Positions 19,227 through 28,563 are shown, counted from the stretch's first letter. The stretch: DNA of 64,000 bases from Oscillospiraceae bacterium (GCA_009777835.1 WRKZ01000001.1:23696-87695); one strand, 5' to 3'. Notes: a model not told the origin generated them from the letters alone. Numbers and translations are program-made.

Positions 19227-19637
19227 TTAGCGTATTCTCGGGAAAATGCTTCCGTGGCTGTGACCATCATCCCATTCGGAAGGTAAGTGCAACGCACCCT
19301 CGATAATCCAACCTACGTTTGAGTTGTTTCCCGATTTGAATATGACTTTCACGCTTCCGTCTTCCTCGTTTGACTTGGTGTAAGTCCCGCTTTTTTTGGT
19401 GTCGTGCGATAATGAAGCCTCGAATTTTCCGTCGGTGTGCAACCAGATGGTCTGACCGCTGTAGCTGTAGGTCTCGGCACTGTTTCGTCTGTTCTGCTGA
19501 ATCACGAAAAACGTGATAACTCCCCCGATTAATCCCACCGCCGCCACAATGCAGACAACCGTAACGATTAGCTTGTTGCGTTTAGCTTTTTTGATTGCGG
19601 CTTCCCGCTGTAATTTTTTCTCTTTAGAAATCGACAT
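19227..19637 (-). CDS. Small membrane-anchored extracellular protein of unknown function
   Basis: Basic N-terminus, one TM, beta-rich domain ending WDDGHSHG. Confidence 0.75.
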   Translation of the reverse strand: MSISKEKKLQREAAIKKAKRNKLIVTVVCIVAAVGLIGGVITFFVIQQNRRNSAETYSYSGQTIWLHTDGKFEASLSHDTKKSGTYTKSNEEDGSVKVIFKSGNNSNVGWIIEGALHLPSEWDDGHSHGSIFPRIR

Positions 19638-19703
19638 ATTACATCCTGTCGCCCTTTCATGTTTTTCGAGTTTTCAGCCATTCTTCAAATTCCCTGATTT
19701 TCG

Positions 19704-21641
19704 TTAACCCTCGCCGTGGTCATATTTGGGTGCGTTCGCGATGACTTCCGCTTCGAGTTGGCCCGGAAGCTCTTGATACCGTGCGAATTCCTGTGTGAAA
19801 CTGCCCAGTCCTTTCGTCATCTGAAGAATCACCAATGCAAAGTCGGTGGTTTCGGATTGCGGCATTTCGGCATCGATTTGTGTCATGTTATTTTCGAGCG
19901 GGCTTGTTCCCAAAACAGAACCGCGCCGTTTGTTGACAATCCCCATGACATCTCCGGTGTTTTCGTTGCCGACCGTAATCTTCATCGAGAGAATCGGTTC
20001 AAGCAAACAAGGAGTCGCCGCCTTTGTTCCTGCTTTGAACGCCAACCGCGCCGCCTGAACAAATGCGATTTCCTTACTGTCAACCGGGTGATACTTACCA
20101 TCGGTGAGGGTCGCTTTGAGCCTTACCACGGGGTATCCGGCAATCGGCCCATGTTCGATACTTTCTTTCAGACCTTTTTCAACGGCAGGGAAGAACTGTT
20201 TCGGTACACTGCCGCCGACTACTTTTTCTTGGAAAATCAATTCGTCTTCGCTGTGCGGTTCGAAATCCATTATAACCACCCCGAACTGCCCCGCACCACC
20301 CGACTGTTTCTTGTGTTTGCCTTCGATTCCGGTGACTTTTTTACGAATCGTTTCGCGGTACGCGATTACCGGCGGCGAAAGCTCAACATCCACCCCGAAT
20401 TTAGATTTCATTTTATTTACCGTAACGTCAAGGTGCTGGTCACCCAGTCCGCCGATTACCCTCTGGCGGGTTTCGGAATTGTTTACATAAGAGAGAACCT
20501 TGTCCTCTTCGCAAATTTTCTTGATTGCGCCGCTGATTTTCGCTTCATCACCTTTGCCCTTCGCTGAAATCGCCTGGAAGAATACCGCAACAGGGAATTC
20601 AATCGGTGCAAACTCGGTCTTGACACCCGGATTCACGAGTGCGTCTCCGGTTGTCGCCGAAAGTTTGGTAATCGTGACTATGTCCCCTGCGAAAGCCTCA
20701 CCCAAGTCTTCTTGCTTCTTGCCTTTGATTGCGAGCAGCTTACCGAAGCGTTCCGGTTCCCCGGTACGCAGATTCAGTGGTTCGGTTTTCGCGTTGAGTG
20801 AGCCGGTAACGACCTTCACTAAACTCATCTTTCCTACAAACGGGTCGGCGATTGTCTTAAACACGAACGCCGACAGCGGTTTTGATTCGTCGTATGCGGC
20901 ATTGTTTCCGTCGGAAGTAGGTTCGCCTTTAACGTCAAGCGGAGACGGGAATGAATTTACGATTAAATCAAGGAGAGATTCAACCCCCTCACCCGAATTA
21001 GCAGTCACTGCAACCACCGGCGCAATTACTCCTTGGGCAAGTCCGTCGCGCAGACCTTTAGAGAATTCGGCATCGCTTAACTCTTCCCCGCCGAAAAACT
21101 TTTCCATCAACGCTTCATCGGTTTCGGCGATTAGCTCTGCCAGTGAATCTTTGTCCGAAAGCTCACACACTGCCCCGCCGAATCGTGATTTAAGCCCGGC
21201 GAGCGTTTTAGCGAAGTCGGCATTATCCTCATCGTTTTTCGTGACGGCGAAGATTCGGGCTTTCCCTTGTTTCGAAGCCTCATTATACGCTTTGATTGTC
21301 CCGACCTGCACACCATCTTTCGCCGAGAGTGCGATTACAACCGTTTCAACCGCACGAATACCCTCGTACATTCCGCCGATAAAGTCAAACTGACCGGGCG
21401 TGTCGATAATGTTGATTTTGGTGGACTTCCATTCGGTGTAAGCGAGGGAAATGTTCAGCGATATTTTCCTCTTGATTTCTTCCGGGTCGTGGTCGCTGAC
21501 GGTGCTTCCGTCACTGACTTTACCCATTCTGTCGATTCCGCCGCTCTTGAACAAGAGGGCTTCCGCCAGGGTTGTTTTTCCGCTGCCGCCGTGTCCGGCA
21601 AGTGCGATGTTCCGGATGTTCGCCGATTTGTAAGATTTCAT
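19704..21641 (-). CDS. Elongation factor G paralog (EF-G2/EF-G-like GTPase)
   Basis: GHGGSGKT, IDTPG, TKND, domain IV HKKQSGGAGQFG and DGKYHPVDS, LLEPI; switch I reads KISLN instead of RGITI. Confidence 0.9.
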   Translation of the reverse strand: MKSYKSANIRNIALAGHGGSGKTTLAEALLFKSGGIDRMGKVSDGSTVSDHDPEEIKRKISLNISLAYTEWKSTKINIIDTPGQFDFIGGMYEGIRAVETVVIALSAKDGVQVGTIKAYNEASKQGKARIFAVTKNDEDNADFAKTLAGLKSRFGGAVCELSDKDSLAELIAETDEALMEKFFGGEELSDAEFSKGLRDGLAQGVIAPVVAVTANSGEGVESLLDLIVNSFPSPLDVKGEPTSDGNNAAYDESKPLSAFVFKTIADPFVGKMSLVKVVTGSLNAKTEPLNLRTGEPERFGKLLAIKGKKQEDLGEAFAGDIVTITKLSATTGDALVNPGVKTEFAPIEFPVAVFFQAISAKGKGDEAKISGAIKKICEEDKVLSYVNNSETRQRVIGGLGDQHLDVTVNKMKSKFGVDVELSPPVIAYRETIRKKVTGIEGKHKKQSGGAGQFGVVIMDFEPHSEDELIFQEKVVGGSVPKQFFPAVEKGLKESIEHGPIAGYPVVRLKATLTDGKYHPVDSKEIAFVQAARLAFKAGTKAATPCLLEPILSMKITVGNENTGDVMGIVNKRRGSVLGTSPLENNMTQIDAEMPQSETTDFALVILQMTKGLGSFTQEFARYQELPGQLEAEVIANAPKYDHGEG

Positions 21642-21797
21642 AAGCCATCCCCTTTTCGTTTATTTAAATTTTACTTTTTCGAATCCTCACGTATTGCTCA
21701 AAAAGATTATACTACATTTTTAACAAAAAATCTATAGCTTTTTGAAAATTTTTTGGTGAATTTTCTGAATTTTGAAAATTTTTAAATTTTTTTAGAT

Positions 21798-22508
21798 TCA
21801 GGGGAGGCGATTGTCCGAAAAATCAATATACAGGAAACGCGCCCCCATAGTCGAAATCACCGAAACGTCCCGAACATTGTTGTTTTTCATGTCCAGCCAT
21901 TTCAGCCCCGCTAATTTCGCTAACGGAGTAATATCCTCGACTTGATTGTTCTTGAGGAACAGGCGTTCCATTCTCACAAGCTCACTCAGTGGCGACAGAT
22001 TGCTGATTTGATTGTTGTCTAAATCAAGAAATTCCAACCCAAGCAGATTCGATAACGGCGAAATATCGCTGATTTGATTATCCATCGCCGATAAGACTTT
22101 CAGGTCGTTCAGTCCGCTAATCGGGCTTAAATCGCTGATTTGGTTGTTGTCCAAAATCAGATGTTCAAGATTGGAAAGTTCACTCAATGGTTTAATGTCT
22201 TCGTCGGTGAGTTCCATCCCGCTTAAGTCGATTTTTGTGGCGTTTTCGGGGACTTCCCTGCCTTTGATGATAACGAGCCGCGGCGGTTCCTCGGTGATGA
22301 TTTCGGTAACGCTTTGCGATTCGCTCCTGCCGGTTTCGCCGATATCATCGATTCCGTCACTGCGCTTGTCGGATTTACAACCGGACACACCGATAACGGC
22401 GATGAGTGTAATCGCCGTCAGCAGTATATTGCATTTCTTCCGGTAGGAATTGACTGCCGGAAATGCAACAAGATTTGCAGTGTAAGTCCGTCTTTTTTTG
22501 AATTTCAT
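21798..22508 (-). CDS. Internalin-type leucine-rich repeat lipoprotein
   Basis: Lipobox VSGC; about five 22-aa repeats of the LxxLxLxNNQISDLSPL type. Confidence 0.85.
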   Translation of the reverse strand: MKFKKRRTYTANLVAFPAVNSYRKKCNILLTAITLIAVIGVSGCKSDKRSDGIDDIGETGRSESQSVTEIITEEPPRLVIIKGREVPENATKIDLSGMELTDEDIKPLSELSNLEHLILDNNQISDLSPISGLNDLKVLSAMDNQISDISPLSNLLGLEFLDLDNNQISNLSPLSELVRMERLFLKNNQVEDITPLAKLAGLKWLDMKNNNVRDVSVISTMGARFLYIDFSDNRLP

Positions 22509-22523
22509 ACCGACTTTCTCCCT

Positions 22524-23036
22524 CTATTCCCCCTCAAGGTAATTCGCTTCATCGCTCAACTTAAACGCTTTTCGCAACTCATTTTTCCAAATCATAACTT
22601 TCCCCGAATCGGGGTAAACCGCCGCTTCCGGTGCGGTTAAATCCACAGTGTCAACATCAAGATACACGAGCGGCGCATTTGAAGTGTTAATCAGCATATG
22701 CGCGCCCGATTCATTCGCGGGCATGACAATCACATCGCCCTCCGAAACGGATTTTTCACCGTCGGGAGTCTTTAACGTACCACTACCGCTTATGATATAA
22801 AAAACTTCTTCGCTACCCAAGTGATAATGATACGGATAGTTCGCTTTCCCCGGTTGCAAGGTGTAAAAGCAGACGGATAGCTTCCCTACTCCTGCGGTGA
22901 AAGGGTTGCTTACCGCACTTTTTTGATACTCGAAAGAGCGTTTGTGTTCTTTCCCGGGTTCAAAAAACTCGTTTAAATTTGCAGTTGTAAACTCCGCGGT
23001 TTTTACGTTTGAAATGGTGATTTTTTGCATTTCCAT
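22524..23036 (-). CDS. Cupin domain protein
   Basis: YHYHLGSEEVFYIISGSG and GAHMLIN motifs; SD aaggag before ATG 23036. Confidence 0.88.
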   Translation of the reverse strand: MEMQKITISNVKTAEFTTANLNEFFEPGKEHKRSFEYQKSAVSNPFTAGVGKLSVCFYTLQPGKANYPYHYHLGSEEVFYIISGSGTLKTPDGEKSVSEGDVIVMPANESGAHMLINTSNAPLVYLDVDTVDLTAPEAAVYPDSGKVMIWKNELRKAFKLSDEANYLEGE

Positions 23037-23075
23037 TAACTCCTTCTTTATAATTAAAGTGAGCAAAATGCTTGA

Positions 23076-23810
23076 TTATATTTTCGCGAGGGCTTCTTCT
23101 AAAGTCAAGCCTGTATAATCCTGCGCATGGAAAAGCTTACCGTTTTGCCGTGAATCCGCAAACGCACCTAATGCCGCACCGGGAATCACACTTTCCGGTG
23201 CGTGGAAAGCGTTCGGCCCACCTAAATCGGTTCTGCACCAACCCGGGTCGAGCAGGGTTATAACTACATCTTTATCCTTGACTACAGTTGACAGGTCGGT
23301 CGTGAATTTGTCCAATGCCGCCTTACTCGCCGAATATCCCGCCTGTTGCGGTTCATCTTTGATTCCGCTGGTGGTGTTGATTATCCTGCCGAATCCGCGT
23401 TCAAGCATTTTCGGAAGCAGTCGATAGCAAATCATTGCCGGTGAAGTCGTGTTGATTATAAAACTTTTTGTGAAATCTTCTGCAGGGGTCGTGAAGTATT
23501 CGGTACGATATGCAATCTGCACCCCCGCATTATTAAAGAGTATATCCACAACTCCTTCATTGGGTCTGCTCTTTGAACAAATCTCATCCAACATAGCCTC
23601 GACTTGGTTTAAGTCCGACAGTTCCGCACCTATAGAATAGGCTTCCACCCCCAACGCCAGAACCTCATTCAAGATTTTTTCCGCGTGGTTGACATCTCGT
23701 GAGTGCAGAATAAGGTTGCACCCCTGTTTCGCCATGAAAAGCGCGACTTGTTCGCCGAGTCCGCGGCTCGCCCCCGTGATTAATGCCCATTTTCCTTTTA
23801 CGTTAGTCAT
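23076..23810 (-). CDS. Short-chain dehydrogenase/reductase
   Basis: TGASRGLG, NNAG, YSASK, LDPGWCRTDLGG. Confidence 0.92.
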   Translation of the reverse strand: MTNVKGKWALITGASRGLGEQVALFMAKQGCNLILHSRDVNHAEKILNEVLALGVEAYSIGAELSDLNQVEAMLDEICSKSRPNEGVVDILFNNAGVQIAYRTEYFTTPAEDFTKSFIINTTSPAMICYRLLPKMLERGFGRIINTTSGIKDEPQQAGYSASKAALDKFTTDLSTVVKDKDVVITLLDPGWCRTDLGGPNAFHAPESVIPGAALGAFADSRQNGKLFHAQDYTGLTLEEALAKI

Positions 23811-24003
23811 TGCCTTCTCCTCCTGAAATTCTTTTTTTCTTCCACTCTTCGATTCCTTGTTTGACCGAATCGACAACTTTTCTATCCATTGCCGCTTCGG
23901 TTTGTGCGATTGCCGCATCTAAATCTCCGCCGAGTTCTTTAATCATATACAACGTTGATAAATTCTTGCTGTTAGTATCGAATATTTCTGCTGCATTAGC
24001 CAT
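23803..24003 (-). CDS. Small hypothetical protein (66 aa), paralog of 45052..45231
   Basis: SD ggagg; translationally coupled on both sides; similar to the 59-aa ORF. Confidence 0.75.
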   Translation of the reverse strand: MANAAEIFDTNSKNLSTLYMIKELGGDLDAAIAQTEAAMDRKVVDSVKQGIEEWKKKRISGGEGND

Positions 24004-24190
24004 TGCCTTCTCCTCCTTCACTTGTTTTCCCGATTGATTTGAGTATATCTTCGCGTGCTTTTTCCGGGGTTACTCCTTTTGCGTCTGCTAATATTTCGTA
24101 AAAGGTTGCACGCATTCCCTGCATATTTCCTTGTTCGAGCATTACCGCCAACGGAGTATACTCGGCGACTTTATCTACCTTATCAGCCAT
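23996..24190 (-). CDS. Small hypothetical protein (64 aa)
   Basis: SD gggga, coupled to the upstream epimerase stop and to the downstream ORF. Confidence 0.7.
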   Translation of the reverse strand: MADKVDKVAEYTPLAVMLEQGNMQGMRATFYEILADAKGVTPEKAREDILKSIGKTSEGGEGNG

Positions 24191-25220
24191 TACTCTCTTC
24201 CCCCTTAATTTGCAGTATTGCCGAATCCAACGCCGAAATCACTCGGTCGCACCATGAATCAAACTCAACGTCTTCGACCTGCAGTCCGGGATTTGCCAAT
24301 ACGTTTTCGATTGTCTCGCGAACGCCTTGGTCGAATCTTTTAGTCGGGGTGAATCCCGGTACGAGACGTTTGAGTTTTGCGTTATCGAACACCACCGAGT
24401 TAGATTTATCCCCGATTAGAGAACCGGTGAAGTCATAATCCGAGCATTTTGCCAAAAAGTCCGACGGAACGTAATACGGCTTATATTGAACGTTCAAGAC
24501 GTTTGCAATCGCCGTGTAAATTTGATTCCAGGTTAACGTCTCATCCGACGTGATTTGAACCGACTCCCCGATTGCATGAAGATTTCCCATCAATCCGATG
24601 AATCCGCCTGCAAAGTCGGAATTATGCGTCATCGTCCACAGCGAAGTACCGTCTCCGTGGACTATAACGGGTTTCCCCTCCAGCATACGCTTGACGATTT
24701 GCCACGAACCCTTCTCCCCGTGAACGCCGAGCGGTACCGAACGCTCATCATAAGTGTGGGACGGCCGAACGATGGTTACGGGAAAGTTTTCTTCTCTGTA
24801 CAGTTTGAGCAGATATTCTTCGCAAGCGATTTTATTGCGCGAGTATTCCCAGTAAGGGTTGGCAAGCGGAGTAGCCTCATTGACCCTGTAATCCGACAGC
24901 GGTTTCTGATACGCCGATGCCGAACTTATGAAAATAAACTGTTTAGTCTTGTCTTTGAACAGTCGATAATCCCTCTCCAACTGTGGCGGAACAAACGCTA
25001 TAAAATCAGCAACGGTATCAAATTGCAGGTCTGCAATTAATTCGGCGACTTTAGACTCATTGTTTATATCGGCTTTGAGTTGTTTTACGTTTTCGGGCAG
25101 CGTTGCGTTTCGATTGCCCTTGTTCAGCACGTACAATTCCCATTCGTCGGAATTAGCGAGTAATCCGGTAATCGCCATGCTGATTATACCGGTTCCGCCT
25201 ATAAATAAAGCTTTTTTCAT
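24183..25220 (-). CDS. NAD-dependent epimerase/dehydratase family (extended SDR)
   Basis: IGGTGIIS, FISSASAY, YSRNK, VRPSHTY, HGDG. Confidence 0.9.
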   Translation of the reverse strand: MKKALFIGGTGIISMAITGLLANSDEWELYVLNKGNRNATLPENVKQLKADINNESKVAELIADLQFDTVADFIAFVPPQLERDYRLFKDKTKQFIFISSASAYQKPLSDYRVNEATPLANPYWEYSRNKIACEEYLLKLYREENFPVTIVRPSHTYDERSVPLGVHGEKGSWQIVKRMLEGKPVIVHGDGTSLWTMTHNSDFAGGFIGLMGNLHAIGESVQITSDETLTWNQIYTAIANVLNVQYKPYYVPSDFLAKCSDYDFTGSLIGDKSNSVVFDNAKLKRLVPGFTPTKRFDQGVRETIENVLANPGLQVEDVEFDSWCDRVISALDSAILQIKGEESNG

Positions 25221-25304
25221 GGTTATGACTTCCTTTTTTATATTTTATTACGGCAAAGCCCTCCTTAATGTCTTAAGGAGAACTTCACAAACTTAATCAT
25301 TGCG

Positions 25305-25454
25305 GCTCTTGTTTAGCTTTCAGCCTCGTCAAGCTCACCTGCTCGACGACGAAGTTGCCGACCCGTGAGCTCTTGTTTAGCTTTCAGCTTCGTCAAGCTC
25401 ACCTGCTCGACGACGAAGTCGCCGACCCCGTGAGCTCTTGTTTAGCTTTTAGCT
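25305..25454. repeat. Repeat family A: 2.3 tandem copies of a 64-65-bp palindromic unit
   Basis: Units start at 25305, 25369 and 25434 (gctcttgtttagctttcagc..gtcaagctcacctgctcgacgacgaag..gccgaccc..gtga). Confidence 0.9.
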
Positions 25455-25719
25455 AGTTTTCAACAAAACCGCTTTCTACGAGCTTAATCAAGCCTTCGAC
25501 TGCCAACTGTTCATCGGCACCATCGGCTATAACCCTTATGGAAGAACCCCTCACGATTCCTAATGAGAGAATCCCCAACAAGCTCTTGGCGTTTACCCGC
25601 CGCTCTTCCTTTTCCACCCAGATGGATGACTTATACTCGTTTGCCTTCTGAATAAAGAACGTTGCCGGCCGCGCGTGCAAGCCAACCTGATTCTTAACGT
25701 CTACCTCTTTTACGAACAT
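25453..25719 (-). CDS. ptsH: Phosphocarrier protein HPr
   Basis: GLHARPA (His15) and VNAKSLLGILSLG (Ser46). Confidence 0.95.
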   Translation of the reverse strand: MFVKEVDVKNQVGLHARPATFFIQKANEYKSSIWVEKEERRVNAKSLLGILSLGIVRGSSIRVIADGADEQLAVEGLIKLVESGFVEN

Positions 25720-25780
25720 AAAAACCGACCTCCTATTAAATTTTCAGCTCATGTATTTCCGCTTTTTCAATGCTATATTA

Positions 25781-25809
25781 ATTATATCTGCTATTGCCGG
25801 ATTAATCAA
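25781..25809 (-). promoter_or_regulatory. Sigma-A promoter for ptsH
   Basis: TTGATT-N17-TATAAT on the minus strand. Confidence 0.6.
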
Positions 25810-25847
25810 TATATTTAATCACTAAATTTCAGGCACTTTTTCGTCGA

Positions 25848-26543
25848 TTATTTGTGAAAGTTGTACATATCGGGGCGTTTTTTTGCTGTAGCGTTGAGAG
25901 ATTCCTCGGCGCGCCACTTATTGATTTCTGCGTGATGTCCCGATAGAAGCGTTTCCGGAACTTTTCTTCCTCGCCAGACTTCCGGGCGGGTGTACAGCGG
26001 ATGTTCGAGCAATCCGTCCCAGTGACTTTCCTCGGTATATGCCGAAGAATCCGGCAGAACCCCCTCCTGCAATCGAACGAGGGAGTCTGTCAGGATTAAC
26101 GCAGGGAGTTCCCCGCCGGTGACAACGTAATCGCCGACACTGATTTCTTCGAACGCCAGTTCTTCAAGTACCCGACAGTCGATTCCTTCGTAATGACCGC
26201 ATAATATGACCAGCCATGGTTCTTTGGCGAGTTCTTTCACCAATTCTTGGGTGAGGGTTTTCCCTTGGGGGGACATATAAATGAGCCTCGGCGGAGGGGA
26301 TTTTTCTTGTTGCCCCTCTATGATTCCGCAAATGCAGGAATACACCGGTTGGGCTTGGATAATCATTCCGGTTCCGCCGCCGTAGGGCTTGTCGTCCACC
26401 GAGCGGTGCTTGTTTTCCGCGTAATCGCGAATATTATGGCAGTTGACCTCGACAACCCCCGCCGTTCGCGCTCTTCCTATAATACTTGCCGAGAGATAAC
26501 TCTCACAAACCGCCGGAAACAGGGAGGCTATATCAATTTTCAT
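25848..26543 (-). CDS. trmD: tRNA (guanine37-N1)-methyltransferase
   Basis: SLFP, VDDKPYGGGTGM, YMSPQG, CGHYEGID, SVGDYVVTGGE, YTRP. Confidence 0.96.
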   Translation of the reverse strand: MKIDIASLFPAVCESYLSASIIGRARTAGVVEVNCHNIRDYAENKHRSVDDKPYGGGTGMIIQAQPVYSCICGIIEGQQEKSPPPRLIYMSPQGKTLTQELVKELAKEPWLVILCGHYEGIDCRVLEELAFEEISVGDYVVTGGELPALILTDSLVRLQEGVLPDSSAYTEESHWDGLLEHPLYTRPEVWRGRKVPETLLSGHHAEINKWRAEESLNATAKKRPDMYNFHK

Positions 26544-27051
26544 CGAAGAGTCCTTCCAGCGGGCGAATTTTAATAAGCCCTCCCGCAATGTCCACGCTGA
26601 TTAGCACCTCCGGAACAGACGGGAACAGGAGTTGTTTTCCCTCCGGCGTTCGGATTACGTAGACATCTTTCGGGGCATTTTGCAGGATTTCTTCGACTTT
26701 GCCGTAGTGTTTTCCCGTGTCTGCGTCGGCTACATCAAGCCCGATTAAATCGCAAATAAACCAGGAATCATCGGGGAGGGTATAATCTGCCCTGTCAACG
26801 TACAGAAATTCCCCCACGAGATTCTCCGCTGTTACGATGTTGTCGATATCTTCCAGTTCCAGGACGACAAACCCTTTTCGGATTTCGCGAATCCGTGCGG
26901 TTAAGGGGGATTTGCTTTCCCCCAAGTAGAACCGTTTGAAGCCGTCGAAAACGTCGGCATTATCGCAAAGCAGTTGCGCCCTTATGAGGCCTTTCAGGCC
27001 TTGCGGCTTGGTCAGCCGCGCGATTTCGATATATTTTTTTGTTCTTTCCAT
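26533..27051 (-). CDS. rimM: Ribosome maturation factor RimM
   Basis: PQGLKG, FICDLIGL, GKVEEIL, DVYVI; overlaps trmD. Confidence 0.92.
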   Translation of the reverse strand: MERTKKYIEIARLTKPQGLKGLIRAQLLCDNADVFDGFKRFYLGESKSPLTARIREIRKGFVVLELEDIDNIVTAENLVGEFLYVDRADYTLPDDSWFICDLIGLDVADADTGKHYGKVEEILQNAPKDVYVIRTPEGKQLLFPSVPEVLISVDIAGGLIKIRPLEGLFDEN

Positions 27052-27059
27052 ATGCCATG

Positions 27060-27121
27060 ATTATACATTAATTTTTATTGTTTGTCAAACCCTTGACAAA
27101 ATAAAAAATTCGTTGTATACT
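27060..27121. promoter_or_regulatory. Back-to-back consensus sigma-A promoters for rimM and the HD-GYP gene
   Basis: Minus strand TTGACA(27088-83)-N17-TATAAT(27065-60); plus strand TTGACA(27093-98)-N17-TATACT(27116-21). Confidence 0.85.
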
Positions 27122-27159
27122 AATGAAGTCCAAAGTGCAAACGAATAGGAGAAGTTGTT

Positions 27160-28443
27160 ATGTCTGCTTTCGACAATGTCCCGGTCAGGTTACGCAATCT
27201 CCCGGTTGACTTGTATTTAGAATGTAAAATTTACTCAAAAAAACCGTCCGACGCTAATCGCCCGAACGAGGAAGACTTTTCGCTGTTATGTGAGAATCAA
27301 ACCCTTACTCAGGGGGTAATCGACCGCTTGAAACGAACTGTTTTCCCTTCAAGCATGATTCACCTTCCGCGGCAGGGGGTTATTTCCGGTTTGTTCGATA
27401 AAGGTCATAACGTCGGGTATAGTGACGATGATGTTCGTGCTATTCGCGACGGAAAAAAACCGTGGGTTTCCAAAAAGCCGACCTCTGTTTCGACGAAGTC
27501 TTCCAGTAAAGGAGAATCGTCTCACAGCAGCTCGAAAGTCAAGAGTGATTCTAATGCCGGCTTTTTCAAGAAAAAATTCCAGATAAAACGGTTCGGTGAA
27601 GTGATTGAGCTTTATAACAAAACCAAGGACATCACTGAAAATATGCTCAGTACCGCCGCCGCTACGGGGAAAATTGATAAAGAACAGAGTGCGGCAATCA
27701 CGAAGGATGTTCAAGAGCAGCTTGGTTCGACCGATGTTTCGTTGATTATCCAGACAATCAACCAGATTCGTACCGCCGACCAGTATCTCCACTCCCATTG
27801 CCTGAACGTGGCGTTCCTCAACGGATTGATGGGCAGATGGATGATGCTTGATTCTCAACGCCAGAATGAACTGGTGGAGGTCGGGCTGTTCCACGATATA
27901 GGAAAACTGTCAATTGCGCCGGAAATTCTTAATAAACCTGCCGAACTCAACGAAGAGGAATTCAGCGAAATCGAGAAGCACCCCTCTCTTTCGGTGGAAA
28001 TGCTGATTAAATCGGGGGTTCGTAATAAAGCCGTGCTTGAAGGGGTCGCCCAACATCACGAGAGATTCAACGGAACGGGCTATCCGAAAGGTCTGGTAGC
28101 GGAAGAAATATGTGAGTATGCACGAATTACGGCAATCTCAGATACTTATGATGCGATGGTGACAGACCGATTCCACGATAACGCTCACTCGCCTTTTGTG
28201 ATTTTGAACGAGTTCGGGCGGGGCGGGTATTCGGAACTGGAATTACGGTATGTAAACGTCTTCATCAATTGCATGATTGACGAGTTGCAGGGCAAAGAAA
28301 TCATCATGAACGACGGTTCGGAAGCGGTCGTGCTTCTGGTTGACCCGCGCAGACTGCTTTACCCTATCGTAGAAGTCGAAGGTCGGGTTGTTTCCACCGA
28401 CAGCAGTTTCTATTGCGTGAGAATGAAGAATATGTTGAGTTGA
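27160..28443 (+). CDS. HD-GYP domain protein (putative cyclic dinucleotide phosphodiesterase)
   Basis: HCLNV, FHDIGK, HHERFNGTGYP, DTYDAM. Confidence 0.9.
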   Translation: MSAFDNVPVRLRNLPVDLYLECKIYSKKPSDANRPNEEDFSLLCENQTLTQGVIDRLKRTVFPSSMIHLPRQGVISGLFDKGHNVGYSDDDVRAIRDGKKPWVSKKPTSVSTKSSSKGESSHSSSKVKSDSNAGFFKKKFQIKRFGEVIELYNKTKDITENMLSTAAATGKIDKEQSAAITKDVQEQLGSTDVSLIIQTINQIRTADQYLHSHCLNVAFLNGLMGRWMMLDSQRQNELVEVGLFHDIGKLSIAPEILNKPAELNEEEFSEIEKHPSLSVEMLIKSGVRNKAVLEGVAQHHERFNGTGYPKGLVAEEICEYARITAISDTYDAMVTDRFHDNAHSPFVILNEFGRGGYSELELRYVNVFINCMIDELQGKEIIMNDGSEAVVLLVDPRRLLYPIVEVEGRVVSTDSSFYCVRMKNMLS

Positions 28444-28479
28444 TTAGTCATATAAAAGCGGGAAATCCCCGCTTTGAAC

Positions 28480-28552
28480 GGGGGTATAGCGCAGTTGGGA
28501 GCGCGTCTGACTGGCAGTCAGAAGGTCAGGGGTTCGAATCCCCTTATCTCCA
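28480..28552 (+). tRNA. tRNA-Ala(GGC)
   Basis: Full cloverleaf: acceptor GGGGGTA/TATCTCC with G3-U70, anticodon arm TCTGA-CTGGCAG-TCAGA, TTCGAAT loop; CCA not encoded. Confidence 0.97.
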
Positions 28553-28563
28553 GTGGATTGTAA

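Noticed and set aside
20500-21393. 297-aa and 283-aa ORFs antisense to the EF-G paralog
   Set aside because: Shadow ORFs with no independent signals
21720-21797. CodY-like boxes in AT-rich tracts (also near 45300)
   Set aside because: Matches are imperfect and expected by chance in A/T runs
25305-25454. Mini CRISPR array
   Set aside because: The two intervening segments are near-identical, so this is a tandem repeat
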